From Octopus sinensis (lineage: Eukaryota): 38,699 bases of DNA. The translations under genes were made by a program, and so were the position numbers. Below, piece by piece: positions 1-13,102 of the stretch. Positions within the stretch are counted from its first letter, which is position 1; each line of letters opens with the position of its first letter. Where the stretch lies: assembly GCF_006345805.1 (NCBI RefSeq), contig NW_021827594.1, positions 1 to 38,699 of the forward strand. Reading direction: 5' to 3'. The notes beneath the pieces are model-generated. The model had not been told where the DNA came from. It was given only the letters and a program-made list of their open reading frames with translations, and made no database searches.

Positions 1-540
1 GTACCCTTGCGTGTATATGTGAGTGTTTTTTTCTGTGAGAATACGCATCCCTATAACTATGAAAGAAATTTCATGGACATGCCTGAAATTCTTAAACCAT
101 CACTTTTCTATATTTTAACGGAAATTGTATTTCCCGCCCTGATGCTACATGTCATTACTTGGTAAAATTGGAATCAGGATTCTATGAATCCGCTCGCTTC
201 TTCGTTCATGTTTAAAATTTCTTCATTCCGTGGCAGTAATTGCATGTTTTGTAATTTCAAAATAGTGGTGGGATATTTTAATTCGCATGACACATAATAT
301 CAAGTATTGTCAAGATATCTCTTGACTATGTTTTCTTCAATATCGTTTTAGTTGTTAAGCTTGATTTTTTAAAAAACTAGTCACGCTCCTATCGACTAAC
401 AACTAATGCACTGGTGTCATATCAATATGAACGCCTCCCACGTTTATCACCGTATCATATTCTCCAAAGTTGAATACTTTGTAGTTTTGTTGTGTCTAGG
501 GATAGTCATAATGCCAATATTATTAACACACGTATGGCAG

Positions 541-752
541 TAACCTGGCAGAATCTTTTGCACGCTGGGAAAAATGCTTGGTAGTATTTTATCCGTCTTT
601 ACGTTCTGAGTTCTACTGCCACCGGGATCAACTTTGACTTTCATTTCTTCGGGGTCGATAAAATAAGTACCAGTTGCTTACTGGGTTCGATGTAATCGAC
701 TTGCCCCCCTCATAAGATATTGTTGAACTTGAGTCAAATGTGAAGTTATTAT
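541..752 (+). mobile_element. tRNA-derived SINE, family A (degenerate)
   Basis: A-box-like tggcagaatc head, B-box-like gagttc, and the core tttcggggtcgataaaataagtaccagtt shared with about 10 other copies in the window. Confidence 0.8.
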
Positions 753-2060
753 CATCAACACACGCACTGTTTATCCACCATTCTAACCGATTGTTTGTTT
801 AACCAAGTTAAACAATCAATCTATTAGTTAGTTGGATAGTTAACCAACTGGCTAATAATACAGGCGTGTAATTGTACCAGTGCGTGTGTTACTGATATTG
901 TCAGAATGACTCACCCGCCATAGAACAGAATTTGCTTCAACACACGAATTCGAATAAATCTGATTTACAAGACTTATGTGAATTCAACACAAGCATTCAC
1001 ATAAATCTTGCGAACCAGATACAAAAACGAAGCACATTGTTGTTATAATCTTCTTAATCAATTTTTATTAAATTAAAACAATAGTGTTTCTATCGATATC
1101 AATAATGCGACAATACTGTTTAATTCGTTCTTAGTACTGATTATTTTCCAAAGTAAGTTATAATGTATTTAAATATTATATTACGTATAATCTTCTCTAA
1201 TTTCTTAAACACTTATCTTCTTAGAGTTTGATAAAATTCTCCTAGTATTAATAATTTGATCATTAGCAACAATTCTTTAATTGTGATCGAACAAATTTGT
1301 CTAAGTTTCAGACATATTCGAATGCTTATGTCACTGAGAAGTAAGGTGCGTATATATGTATTTATACGTGTATGCATGTGTTTGTATATATGTATATACG
1401 CGTGTGCAAATTTGTGCAGATGTATATGTATATCTATCTGTCTGTCCATCCATCCATCCGTCCGTCAGCTCGTCTGCCTGTTTGTCCATCCGTTTGTCTT
1501 TCTGTCTATCAATATATATATATAAATACACATGCATGCTCGCATATATGTATGTGTGTGTAAATAATACGCGTTTATATATAAGTGTACACACATTTAC
1601 CTCTGTGTTTGCGTGTGACCATGTATGTATACGCACAGTGAGAGAAGAAGATAGAGGGAAAGAGAAGGGAAGAGAGGGAGAGATAGGAAGGGAGAGAGAG
1701 GTAGAATGAGAGAAGGAAAGTGAGAGAGAGAGAAAGAGAGATGGAGATGATGATGAGATAGACATATACACAGTGTTTGCGATTATCCTTTCTGAATTAG
1801 AGGTATGATATGGTGTGATATCTCGTGAGTATCTGGCGGTTATATTTAATGGAAGAAACCCGAAATTTACGAAAGATTCATTGGCATTGTCGCAGTCAAG
1901 TTAATAACTATGGCAAAGATAAGCTAACCACAACAAAGGAGTCGTTTTAGGGTATTACTGCTTGGTCTCAATTCGTCTTAATCGCTCACAAATCCGTTCA
2001 CATTATACATTATGTAATTCTGTAATACCAAAAGATTGTGTTATTTCTATGCAATTTGTG

Positions 2061-2313
2061 AAGGCGGTTGCCACAGTGGTTAAGACATTCGGCTCACGAT
2101 CTTCCCCTTTTGAGTTCGATTCCTTGCAACGCGTTATGTTCTTGAAGTTTATTCAACGTTCCTCCAGTTCACTCATCTAATAAAATTTTTTTCACGTTAC
2201 TTTGAGAGTATGCATGTCAGTCGTGTGCTCCGCCACTGGCACGTTACTTTCACGAGTAGAATCTTTCGTGGGTCGAATCCACTAAGTTACTCATCGTAAC
2301 CGACGGAGTGCCA
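2061..2313 (+). mobile_element. tRNA-derived SINE, family C (degenerate)
   Basis: Aligns by eye to the 17733-18018 copy (agtggttaagacattcggctcacgatc ... gtgctccgccactggcacgttactttcacgag). Confidence 0.7.
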
Positions 2314-2370
2314 TCGTTTGAAAGAGCAGTAACTTGTAGAATTTCCTTAATTTAACGTTGAACCTACTAT

Positions 2371-2754
2371 CGATATCTGAATAGGTACACAAAATTTCAG
2401 GTGTTTCGGTCTCTGGTCCTCCGCATCTTTCTCAACTGTTGCGAGACTTGGGAATTCTTCGGGATGCGTAGAAACTGCCTGTAGTACCAGGGTGCTTCAT
2501 AAAATCATGGACTACCATTAATCGGATTTCCAATTGAGCAAGCGTATATAGTCAGAAAATAAGATGCGTCCATTTATCGCATAATTCGGGAGCGTCAGCT
2601 CTTTGCAGGAGCTGGTCGATTCCCCGTGTCGTCTACTGCGTTTCATGTTCTCTTCTCTGAGTATCCGACATGGGAGATGTCTCCTCGTGGTCGACCATAT
2701 GCCATATGGTCACGGCAGATGAGGAAGTATGTCGCGGAGATGGAAACTGACTAA
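2371..2754 (+). mobile_element. Decayed RTE-clade LINE, C-terminal part of the reverse-transcriptase ORF
   Basis: Frameshifted translation RYLNRYTKFQVFRSLVLRIFLNCCETW / STRVLHKIMDYH*SDF / IIRERQLFAGAGRFPV...EMSPRGRPYAIWSRQ matches the RTE pattern TKxQVFRSLVLPVLLYGCETW ... RERQLRLYGHVARFP ... RPRGRP. Confidence 0.8.
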
Positions 2755-3115
2755 GTGACAGCGCGTAGAGTTCCCCGGTATGATACGAGTAAATACGGAA
2801 AAATGGCGGATACTGCAATGTGCTATCACGTTATATGCTGCCATACATGACCTGACCTGAATCATAGGCCAACATGATATTTTCTCCACAGCATAGAACA
2901 TACACTTTTGATAAAGCAACAATTGTAATACAAGTAAAACAATCCCCAAAATGATGAAATCGTTCACTAATGGACAACAGTCTTAAAAATCAGATCTTGA
3001 ATAAGAATACAAGGAGCAGAGAATGGTAAGAAAATGGTTAACAGTACAGTCTGATTATTATTAGTTTCAAGTGTTGGCCCGGGCCAGCAGATTCAGTGGA
3101 AGGTGGAAGCCAAAC

Positions 3116-3272
3116 ATAACGATCCCAGTGTTCCAATGGTACTTATTTTAACGACCCCCAAATTGGTACTTATTTTATAGACCCCGATATGATGAAAGGC
3201 ATAATCGACCTCGGCGGAATTTGAACTTAGAACGAAATAATGCGAAAGAATTTGCCCGGCGTGGTAACAATT
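3116..3272 (-). mobile_element. SINE family A fragment
   Basis: ggtacttattttatagaccccg...tcgacctcggcggaatttgaacttagaacg, the reverse orientation of the family A core. Confidence 0.8.
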
Positions 3273-3284
3273 GAGAAAGAAATA

Positions 3285-3590
3285 CTTATTTCTTTACAAC
3301 CCACAAAGGGGCTAAGCACAGAAAGGACAAACAAGGACAGACAAACGAATTAAATCGACTATACCGATCTCAGTACGTAACTGGTACTTATTTAATCGAC
3401 CCCGAAAGGATGAAAAGCAAAGTTGATCTCGGCTGAATTTGAACTTAGAACGAAATAATGAGAAAGAATTTGCCCGGCGTGGTAACAATTCAGAACGAAA
3501 GACTGTGAAATAATTCGCCCGGCGTGGTAACAATTTAGAAAGAAATACTGCGACATAATTTGCCCGGCGTGGTGAAAATTCTCCCAGCCC
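3285..3590 (-). mobile_element. SINE family A, near full length, with a tandemly iterated head segment
   Basis: cccacaaaggggctaagcacagaaaggacaaacaaggacagac tail, full core, and three copies of (tt)gcccggcgtggt between about 3470 and 3572. Confidence 0.85.
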
Positions 3591-4115
3591 AAGGCCTTCA
3601 GCTTACTTATTACTATTTTTCATTATTGTGTTATGTATATTCATGCAGTGTACAGAAGCAAAGCACATTTTAAAGTAAATATATTTTTCAGTCGACGAAC
3701 TCATTCGGTAATCATTTAGCGATACGAATTCCTCCGAGTAATTTTAATAACCCATCTACAAGCACAAATTGCTAATGGCCAAGATTACAGTATTTGTAAC
3801 AAAAATCAATATTCGAAAATATAGAGTTTTTCTTTTTTTGTCGTCATTTTCAAATGTCCAATTATGTCGGTGAACATCATATATATATATATATCGGTTT
3901 CAGTGGTTCCGTTTATGTATTTCGGGTAGCATATCTATCTTCTGTGTACGTATGTGAAATACTTTTTGTCTGTGTGTACGTGTATTAACACGCACACACA
4001 CACCCACACATACCCCCCCCCACACACACACACACACTCACACATCTATACGTATATATAATAGAATAAGTTCATAAACATAGGTTTCTCTTCTCTCTCT
4101 CTCTCTCTCTCTCTA

Positions 4116-4157
<42 letters not shown>

Positions 4158-4655
4158 TACTTAAACGTACACGTTTATGTACATGTAGACATACATATGT
4201 GTGTATTTACACACACATACATATATATATGTGTGTGTGTGTGCATGTGTGAGTGCGTAAATATAGATGTATATGTAAATGTATTTATATGTATTTGTGT
4301 GTGCGTGTATAATGAGGTTTTTATAGTCAAAATTTGGTATGGATGAGTAAGAGACGTATATAAGTACTTTTAGCAGAGCGCTATTAGCGTAGCTGGGTCA
4401 TATGTGGCACTGTGTCACATATTTTCCGTAAATACGCACACGCACACACAAACATGTACTTACATACATATACACGTATGGTTACACAGACGTATAACAT
4501 TCTGAAAGAAGATCACATATACATAATCATAAACAATATCATATACACACATACACACACAGTGACTGGTATATGTGTGTAATCACAGCTATACAAAACA
4601 GCATCTCTATAGAATAAGCATATTGGCTATTGAGCATTGAGCATTGTTTTATGTA

Positions 4656-4695
<40 letters not shown>

Positions 4696-5121
4696 TATAT
4701 ATGTATACGTATTTATGTAGGTATGTATACATATATATACATATATAGAAATGTAAATATTGATATATATACATATTAAACATATATATGTATATCTCTC
4801 AATCGATCAACTATCGGTCGGTCTATTTATCAATCACTATCTATATATATCTCTATATGTATATTTATACACACACATGTATATGTATACAAAACTATAG
4901 ATACGAATACACACACACAAACACACATACACACACATACACATAAGCACACATATATACAATAGATAGATAAAGAATAGGTAGATAGGAAGATATATTT
5001 TTATATAAGTATATTTGATTATAAGCATGTACTTTCACACGTGCGTGTATATTTACGTGTATTTTGCTCATATACACAATTATATATATATATATATATA
5101 TATCTATATATATATATATAT

Positions 5122-5156
<35 letters not shown>

Positions 5157-5400
5157 ATAAGTATGTATGCATGTATGTATGCATGTATGTATATATATAA
5201 ACGTGTATATGTGTGCGCGTGTTTACGTATGTGTGTCTGTGTGTATATATATATATAGAAGCATATATCTATCAATATATCTATCTCTATATAAGTATAT
5301 ATCTATAGATATAAATATACACATATATATATATACATATATATTTCTAAATATATATACATACATAGATACAAACATATATATATATACATACATACAT

Positions 5401-5431
<31 letters not shown>

Positions 5432-5799
5432 CTGCGAAAGCTTCTTGTTTTGTGTCGGAAAATACGACATCAGCAACGAGTCTGTTCTCAACCTCACCCT
5501 GCTCCCTTTCGATCACTCCTCCTTTCCTCTGTCTCTGCCTCTTCTACCTACATACAGCTGTCCATGCGACTCTTTCTCATTTTACCTCACTGCATTATCT
5601 TTCGTCTAGTCATTTATTTTTCTACCATTTTCGTATGTGCCATTGCGCATATTAGATTCCAAACCATTTAGGAAATCGTTTAACAGCTGCTTGATATTAA
5701 AGCTGCTCTATAATTACGCTTATTAATATTGGTTTTTTTTTTTTTTTTAAATATGTATATTTTTAATATTGATATAATTTTTGTCATAATTCACATGGC

Positions 5800-5847
5800 C
5801 ACACTATGATTATTATTATTATCATTATTATTATTATTATTATTATT

Positions 5848-5882
<35 letters not shown>

Positions 5883-6072
5883 AACTGCCGTCATCATCAT
5901 CATCATCACATTTTTGTATTATTAAACACTGAGCATTTTTCAAAACTATTAACATTATTGCTATTATTTGCATATTCTACTAATATAATAATATCAATAA
6001 TGACTATAAAAACGATAATAGTACCAATAATAACAATAGTAACAGTAAGAACTGCAATAGTTACGTTATCAC

Positions 6073-6118
<46 letters not shown>

Positions 6119-6175
6119 AATTATCATCATCATTATCATCATCATCATCATCATCGTCGTCATCATTATTTGTGT
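5800..6175. repeat. Compound (ATT)n/(ATC)n microsatellites
   Basis: Direct inspection. Confidence 0.95.
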
Positions 6176-6633
6176 TATTTCTCTTGTTATTCCTGTATTT
6201 GGTTGGGTTTTTTATAGTGTTGCAGTTAATATCGCTGTTTTAAATACTTGATGTTGTTTCCTTGTTATGCTTTTATTATTACTATTATTATTATTTTGTT
6301 TATTTTTTTTATGTTGTTGCTGTTGTTGATGCGGTTGTGGTTCTTGTTGCTCTAGTTGTTGTTGTTTTTTTTTGTCGGCACTAATGGTTGTTATAATGAC
6401 TTTTATTTTGTTATAAAATTATCTCTTTGTTAATGAAATTTTCAATGTCGTTAACTGCTTTGCTTTTCTTCTAATTTTTACAATATCATTTGTTTTTGCT
6501 ATATTTGCGTGCGTGTGAATTTGAGCATGGCTATTGATGTTGTTGTGATTGTTCTTGCTGTTGTTTTTGTTATTGTTGATGAGTGTTTGTTTCACTAGCT
6601 ATAAATATGAACAAAACATATTCATTTATGCTT

Positions 6634-6713
<80 letters not shown>

Positions 6714-7403
6714 TTTTTGAACCATTCTATGCTACTCAAACGTAAATATGAAACATAACGAGAGAGATATAGTCTCAGGGATAAGGAGCTACAATCATAG
6801 ACACATAAAGATACACACATACAAATAAGCATATATATATGTATATATATATATACATATACATGTGTATATGTGTGACACTTTTATACAGACATAAAAT
6901 TAGAATACCTAAAGAGACGAGGCAAATATAAAAATGTCTATGGAAGCGGGGAAATAGCAACGGAACAATAAAGTTAATGGGAGCAGCAGATTCCGTGATA
7001 ACGTGGTGTTTATCTATAACCACTTATCTCTCTAGCAATACAACAACAACAACAACAATAATAATAATGATAATACTAATAATAATTATTATATATATAT
7101 ATATCTATATATATATATATATATCTATATATATATATAATATATATATATAACGAAATCGTTATAATAAATATAGTAATATTTGTGTTGATAATATTGA
7201 TAATAAGAATATTACATCACATACACATACATACACTCACACACAAGTACACAGACACACAGATATATATGTATATATATATATATGTGTGTGTGTATGT
7301 ATGCAACTATATGTATGCATTTATATACATGTACATACATATAATATACATATATGTGTGTGACTGTATGTTAATATACATACATATACATACATACATA
7401 CAT

Positions 7404-7486
<83 letters not shown>

Positions 7487-8989
7487 TATATATTATATAT
7501 ATATATATGAACACACATGTACAATACATACACAAACACAGACACGGAGAAACACCCTCCCCACTTATATGTTCATGCATAATGTTTTAGCAACTTGAAA
7601 GGCCTATTTGCAAAGGCCATTAGAACATAATAGAGAACTCTACTTGTCGAATTAATAAATTGGCCTTCACGGGTTGATGCCAGGGTTCGTCTACCCTCTG
7701 TATACAATTGATTCATTGATTGATATGGCTTAAAAAGAAACACAAATACTGAAAAAACAAAACAAAGATAACTAAAACGTGGTATGATCATTTGATGTAT
7801 CATTTCTGTTGTTTGGAGAACAAGGGACGTAACCGTTTTATGCTTAAGCTATTGACAATAGTTATTTATCAAGACTCTATGATGCAAAAAAACAAAAAAG
7901 CTATTAAACAAATACTCATAAACATACAGGTACACACCCCTCACACATAAAGAAACAAATATGCTAGTATATATATGTATGTATATATATATGCATGCGA
8001 TAACTATATCAACTTTTGTTCTGTTTTCTTCGCTTACTTTTGCGTTTTGCATTTATAAGCTAATGTTTGAAAATCAAAGAGGCAGAACGCCATATAGCGG
8101 AACTTTGAGGAGTTTGTCAATTGAATATGGAGCATTCTTAAATTCATTACTTTTATGCTACATGTAGTTATGTAACAAATGTTAATTGAACTTTAATTAC
8201 AGCCACAGTGAGGAGAAAAACAAATTATATCTAAACGATTAATTATTTTCCGGAAGTTATGGGGAGGTAAATATGCATATGCTGAATTTGCAATAATGAT
8301 AATGAACGTCATTTTGTAACGATTCTGCCAAACAAAGCTTGAGGTTTCTGTAACGTTTAGGACTATAACGGAAGAAGTAAATGTGATTATAAATTGAAAA
8401 GGTGTCGATTGACGGAAAGCTTAATGGACTGATTATAACAGAGAAGAGGAAAGCAAAACGATGATAGATAGTTCCAGAGGGCTGCAGATTTAGGAAATAT
8501 GCTATGAAAATAAAATGCGTTGTGACTAACAGTATTCCCAGCTGAAAAATAGTGCGCCTGTGAAGAGAAATGGATGACTTGTTTAAACGTCTTGATAGAA
8601 GGTACTAGACTGGAAAATTCATGAGAGCAAGGGCCATAAAACTATTTAAAATATAGGCTTAACGATGATAGATTTCAAAGATGAAACAAAAACTGCGACC
8701 TAGTAGAAAGATGATCCGCCATGTTAACAAATTGATTCTGAACTCCATTAATCTCTTGGCATACTGCAATTTTCAGGCACGTCGTTGACTCTAAGAATGA
8801 ATCAAACTTGTTTCTCTTTTCAGCTGCAGCTATTGTGATCTTTACCTTTTGGAAACTAGGATGCTATTTTCACCACTACTCCTTCTTAGTCATCTACCCC
8901 AGTCGTATCACATAGGTTGTGTCCAAAGTTCAAGTATCGTACAAATGTTTACGGACATTATTTCGTTGGTCATCAGGTATCTAGAATTC

Positions 8990-9135
8990 CTTTTACTGAT
9001 GATGATAAATATGGCAATGATGGTGACTATAAATACGAAGACAATGATGTTGACGATGATGATGATGATAGTGATGAATGTAATGATGATAGTGATGATG
9101 ATGTTGATGACGGTGACGACGACAATGATGATCAT
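8990..9135. repeat. Imperfect (GAT)n microsatellite
   Basis: Direct inspection. Confidence 0.9.
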
Positions 9136-9309
9136 AATTTATCTAAAATTATGACACTGTATCTCTATTGCTATTTTATTTAGCGATTCAACACCTATGA
9201 AGGGCACGTAAGATATCCGTGGGATTTGAATTAATTACTTATAGAACCGGAACAGAAACGTTGTTCGCTATAATCAATAATAACAACCAACATAAATCTT
9301 TCTAGTGTC

Positions 9310-9437
9310 GTCACGTGGCCTGTAATTTTGTGGTTGGGAACTAATCGATTACATTGGACCCGGTAAACAAATGGGATTTATTTTATCGAAACCGAAAGAA
9401 TAAAACGGAAAGGTGACTCAGGTGGGATCTGAAATCA
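9310..9437 (-). mobile_element. SINE family A, highly degenerate
   Basis: aatcgattacattggaccc...ttttatcgaaaccgaaagaataaaacggaaaggtgactc resembles the family A core. Confidence 0.55.
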
Positions 9438-9456
9438 ATAACTAAAAAAGGTAGCA

Positions 9457-9476
9457 TAATAATAATAATAATAATG

Positions 9477-9534
<58 letters not shown>

Positions 9535-9535
9535 C

Positions 9536-9566
<31 letters not shown>

Positions 9567-9595
9567 ATAATAATAATAATAATTATTATTATTAT
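9457..9595. repeat. (AAT)n-(GTA)n-(AAT)n-(ATT)n compound microsatellite
   Basis: Direct inspection. Confidence 0.95.
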
Positions 9596-9780
9596 AATTT
9601 TAAAACAAACAATTTTCGTATGTTTTTTTGGCATTCTCTAGTACATCAATAAGTACAAAACCAAATATATGGCACCCTAAGCATAACACCAACATGAACT
9701 TCCAACTTGTTGTCTCTTGAGGTCTCTGGGTGAGACTTGGGACCAGATTGTGCAAATGTAAAGCAAAAGTCAAACATAGA
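9596..9780 (+). mobile_element. 3' UTR-only copy of an R4/Dong-like LINE
   Basis: Shares cttgaggtctctgggtgagacttgg and the gcaaaagtcaa end with 10042-10232. Flanked by AAT repeats. Confidence 0.75.
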
Positions 9781-9792
9781 ATAATAGTAATA

Positions 9793-10232
9793 ACAGTTCC
9801 AATCCACATAAATATATCTGTGAAGACCCAACAAAAACTGAGCAAATATAAAGATCTTTAAATTGAAATTGGCAAAATGTCGAACCCCAAAATTAAATCA
9901 ATGCCTGTTGTCATAGGTGTCCTAGGAATGATAGAAAAAGTAGCTGATTCTTACCTAGTCCAGATACCAGGAAACACCCCAAACCGGCAGAAATTCAACA
10001 GATATTGCACATGTCAACTACATAAAATACTCTCTATGTAATCTCAAATTTTAAAACAAACTCATAATTTTCTTACGCTTACTTAAACATTCCCTACAAC
10101 AATACTATGTGTAAAACCGAATATATGACACGCTAGGCATAACACAAACTTGAACTTCTAACTTGTTGTGTCTTGAGGTCTCTGGGTGAGACTTGGAGTC
10201 AACTCGTACAAATACAAAGCAAAAGTCAAGCA
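9793..10232 (+). mobile_element. 5'-truncated R4/Dong-like (RLE-endonuclease) non-LTR retrotransposon: ORF end plus 3' UTR, with (AAT)n tail
   Basis: Translation TVPIHINISVKTQQKLSKYKDL*IEIGKMSNPKIKSMPVVIGVLGMIEK...KILSM* (stop 10039-10041) matches the EKxxKYxxL...PVVIGALG C-terminus of RLE-clade LINEs. Long (AAT)n follows. Confidence 0.8.
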
Positions 10233-10261
10233 TAATAATAATGATGATGATTATAATAATA

Positions 10262-10333
<72 letters not shown>

Positions 10334-10533
10334 TAATAATAACAATAGTAATAATATTGTAATAATAATCGTTTCTATTACAGGTACAATGCTTGGGATG
10401 TTGTGGTAGGGGACTTGTTGTTTCTATCACCACCACTTACTTAATTTATCGACCCCGAAAAGATGAAAGGTGAGGCAGACCTCCTTGGCGAATTTTGAAC
10501 TAAGAACGCAGAGACGGGAAAAATGCCGATTTC

Positions 10534-10597
<64 letters not shown>

Positions 10598-10662
10598 TAA
10601 TAATAATGATAATATTAAGAATGTAATTACAGTTATGATGATAATGAAAATATATTAATGAA

Positions 10663-10720
<58 letters not shown>

Positions 10721-10735
10721 CAACAATAACAGTGA
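10232..10735. repeat. (AAT)n tracts flanking a SINE fragment
   Basis: Direct inspection. Confidence 0.95.
10372..10535 (-). mobile_element. SINE family A fragment embedded in (AAT)n
   Basis: acttaatttatcgaccccgaaaagatgaaagg...ttttgaactaagaacgcagagacg. Confidence 0.75.
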
Positions 10736-11064
10736 TTTCTTACATTAATATAATTAGAGGAATATTAGTAGCAATAATAGTAGTAATAATATTTGTTATT
10801 AAAGAGCATTAAAAGTATGGAAGTTTCGTAAATTGACAACACTTTCCATTTTCGATTTCTTTGATTTTGATTTAATTTCAGATTGAAACAAAGGGAGATG
10901 TTAAAAACAGATTAAATGTAATAGTAGTAATTGGTAAATACTAAAAATACACATTCCACTACTAATATCTATCTACTTTATCTAAATATCTAAATATCTT
11001 TCTGTTTATCGGTTAGAAATTTTAAATGAGTAAGTGCAAGAAAAAACACAAACGGTCATGTATT

Positions 11065-11087
11065 TGTGTATATAAATATACATATAC

Positions 11088-11169
<82 letters not shown>

Positions 11170-11285
11170 TATTATATATATGCATGCATATATATATATA
11201 CATATATATGTATGCATGTATGTATATATATATATATATGTACCTATATATATATATATATATATATATGCATACATATATATAC

Positions 11286-11316
<31 letters not shown>

Positions 11317-11340
11317 CATATATATATGTATGCATGTATG

Positions 11341-11371
<31 letters not shown>

Positions 11372-11546
11372 GCATATATATATAATATATAATAATATAT
11401 ACATGTATATATATAGCAAGATAGAGAGAGACAAATAGAGACGTTGAGCTTGTTTTTAATATCGAGAATAAGGAACATTAAAGAAAAAATATGTATACAC
11501 ACACACATATATATATACGTGCATATGTATACATACATACATAGAT

Positions 11547-11603
<57 letters not shown>

Positions 11604-11670
11604 GTGTATGTTTGTATATGCAGATATGTAGACATATACCTGCATATATTTTACGCATATGTATGTGTGT
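11065..11670. repeat. Long imperfect (TA)n/(CA)n tracts
   Basis: Direct inspection. Confidence 0.95.
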
Positions 11671-11940
11671 GTGTTTTAACATATATTTGAAAGAAACAGA
11701 AAATAGTTAAATAAAACAAAACAATACGTTATTTCAATGTAGGAGACAAAGCTATGGCTGCTAAGCTAATTGTAAATTACAAGGAAAATGGAGTGAAAGT
11801 GAAAGTGATGTTTAATAGGTAATTTTGTTAGAAAGGGTGAAGGTGGGAGGAAAAGTTTGTAGAGAAAGCGAGAAGGAGGCTTGACGTGTGAATTTGGAGA
11901 AGGAAGGCGAGATGAAGAAGAGGAATCAACCAAGCGAGAA

Positions 11941-11995
<55 letters not shown>

Positions 11996-12026
11996 TAATA
12001 TAATAATTATTATTATCATTATTATT

Positions 12027-12363
12027 GGGGGAGCATCATAGCCATGTGTTGAGAGAGATTCTTTGGGGTTTGAATAATTCACCTCTGGAAACATGGGTGG
12101 TTCTTTCAACATCTTTAAACAACCCTTATTCAGGGACCTTTTTGAGCGGGATGGGCTACTCAACCTGAAGTAAATTCTAACAGGGCCCCACCTGCAAGGT
12201 CATGTGCTGTTTATCTTGATATGAGATCACCATGTCGCGCACAGATGGTTGTTGATGCATGTGCCTTGTGTACCCTTATCAGACGGGTAGTCATGATGGG
12301 TATATTGGGCTTCGTATATTTTACCCCAGCGTCACTTTGATGGCATGAACTGCTCTCACACTC
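12027..12363. mobile_element. Unclassified AAT-flanked interspersed repeat, partial copy
   Basis: Near-identical by eye to 12700-13032 over about 335 bp. Bounded by ATT/AAT tracts. Confidence 0.8.
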
Positions 12364-12401
<38 letters not shown>

Positions 12402-12460
12402 ACTGCTCACTCACACATCAATAATAATAATATAATAATAATAATAATAATAATAATATA

Positions 12461-13032
12461 AATGCCCCTGATCAGTACCATGCCCTGATGCAGTACCAGG
12501 CAGTGGCTCTCATGGCTTCTGATCTTAACTGATTGGAAGTGTTATCATGTCATTGTTTTGTCTTGGTATAAAAGATGGGCTACAGCAAATATTCTGCTCA
12601 ATACCACAGATTTGCTTGTCAGTTGTTTGACCTTAACCAGTTGATTATGTCCCTTAGTGGCTGACGATATGTGCATCTCTGATCACGAGCAGAAGTAGTG
12701 GGGGAGCATCATAGCCATGTGTTGAGAGGGATTCTTTGGGGTTTGAATAGTTCACCTCTGGAAACATGGGTGGTTCTTTCAACATCCTTAAACAAACCTT
12801 ATTCAGGGACCGTTTGAGCGGGATGGGCTACTCAACCTGAAGAAAATTCTAACTGGGCCCCACCTGCAAGGTCATGTGCTGTTTATCTTGATATGAGATC
12901 GCCATGTCGCGCACAATGGTTGTGATGCATGTGCCTGGTGTCCTTTAACAGACGGGTAGTCATGATGGGTATATTGGGCTTCGTATATTTTACCCCAGTG
13001 TCACTTTGATGGCATGAACTTCTCTCTCACTC
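12461..13032. mobile_element. Unclassified AAT-flanked interspersed repeat, longer copy
   Basis: Contains the segment duplicated at 12027-12363 plus about 240 bp more. (AAT)n on both sides. Confidence 0.8.
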
Positions 13033-13102
13033 ATAATAATAATAATAATAATCATAATAATAATAATAGTAATAATAATAATGTTGATGATGATGACGAT
13101 AA

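Noticed and set aside
170-480. Minus-strand LLPRNEEILNMNE resembling a Helitron PIF1 motif
   Set aside because: Only a short motif, with stops on both sides and no other helicase motifs; too weak without a search.
2633-2967. Minus-strand ORFs as a possible terminal exon of the orphan gene
   Set aside because: The 2633-2754 portion is the antisense of a recognisable RTE LINE fragment, and the acceptor lacks a pyrimidine tract.
3116-3590. Repeat-spacer-like pattern resembling a CRISPR array
   Set aside because: The units are pieces of a SINE head, with irregular spacing, related spacers and no cas genes, in a eukaryotic context.
8950-8985. Minus-strand CTGATGA-ccaac-GAAA-taat-GTC hammerhead-like string
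   Set aside because: Stems I and II do not pair; probably chance or too decayed to call.
8917-9183. Asp-rich ORF suggestive of a biomineralisation protein
   Set aside because: (GAT)n microsatellite; no signal peptide or supported splice pair.
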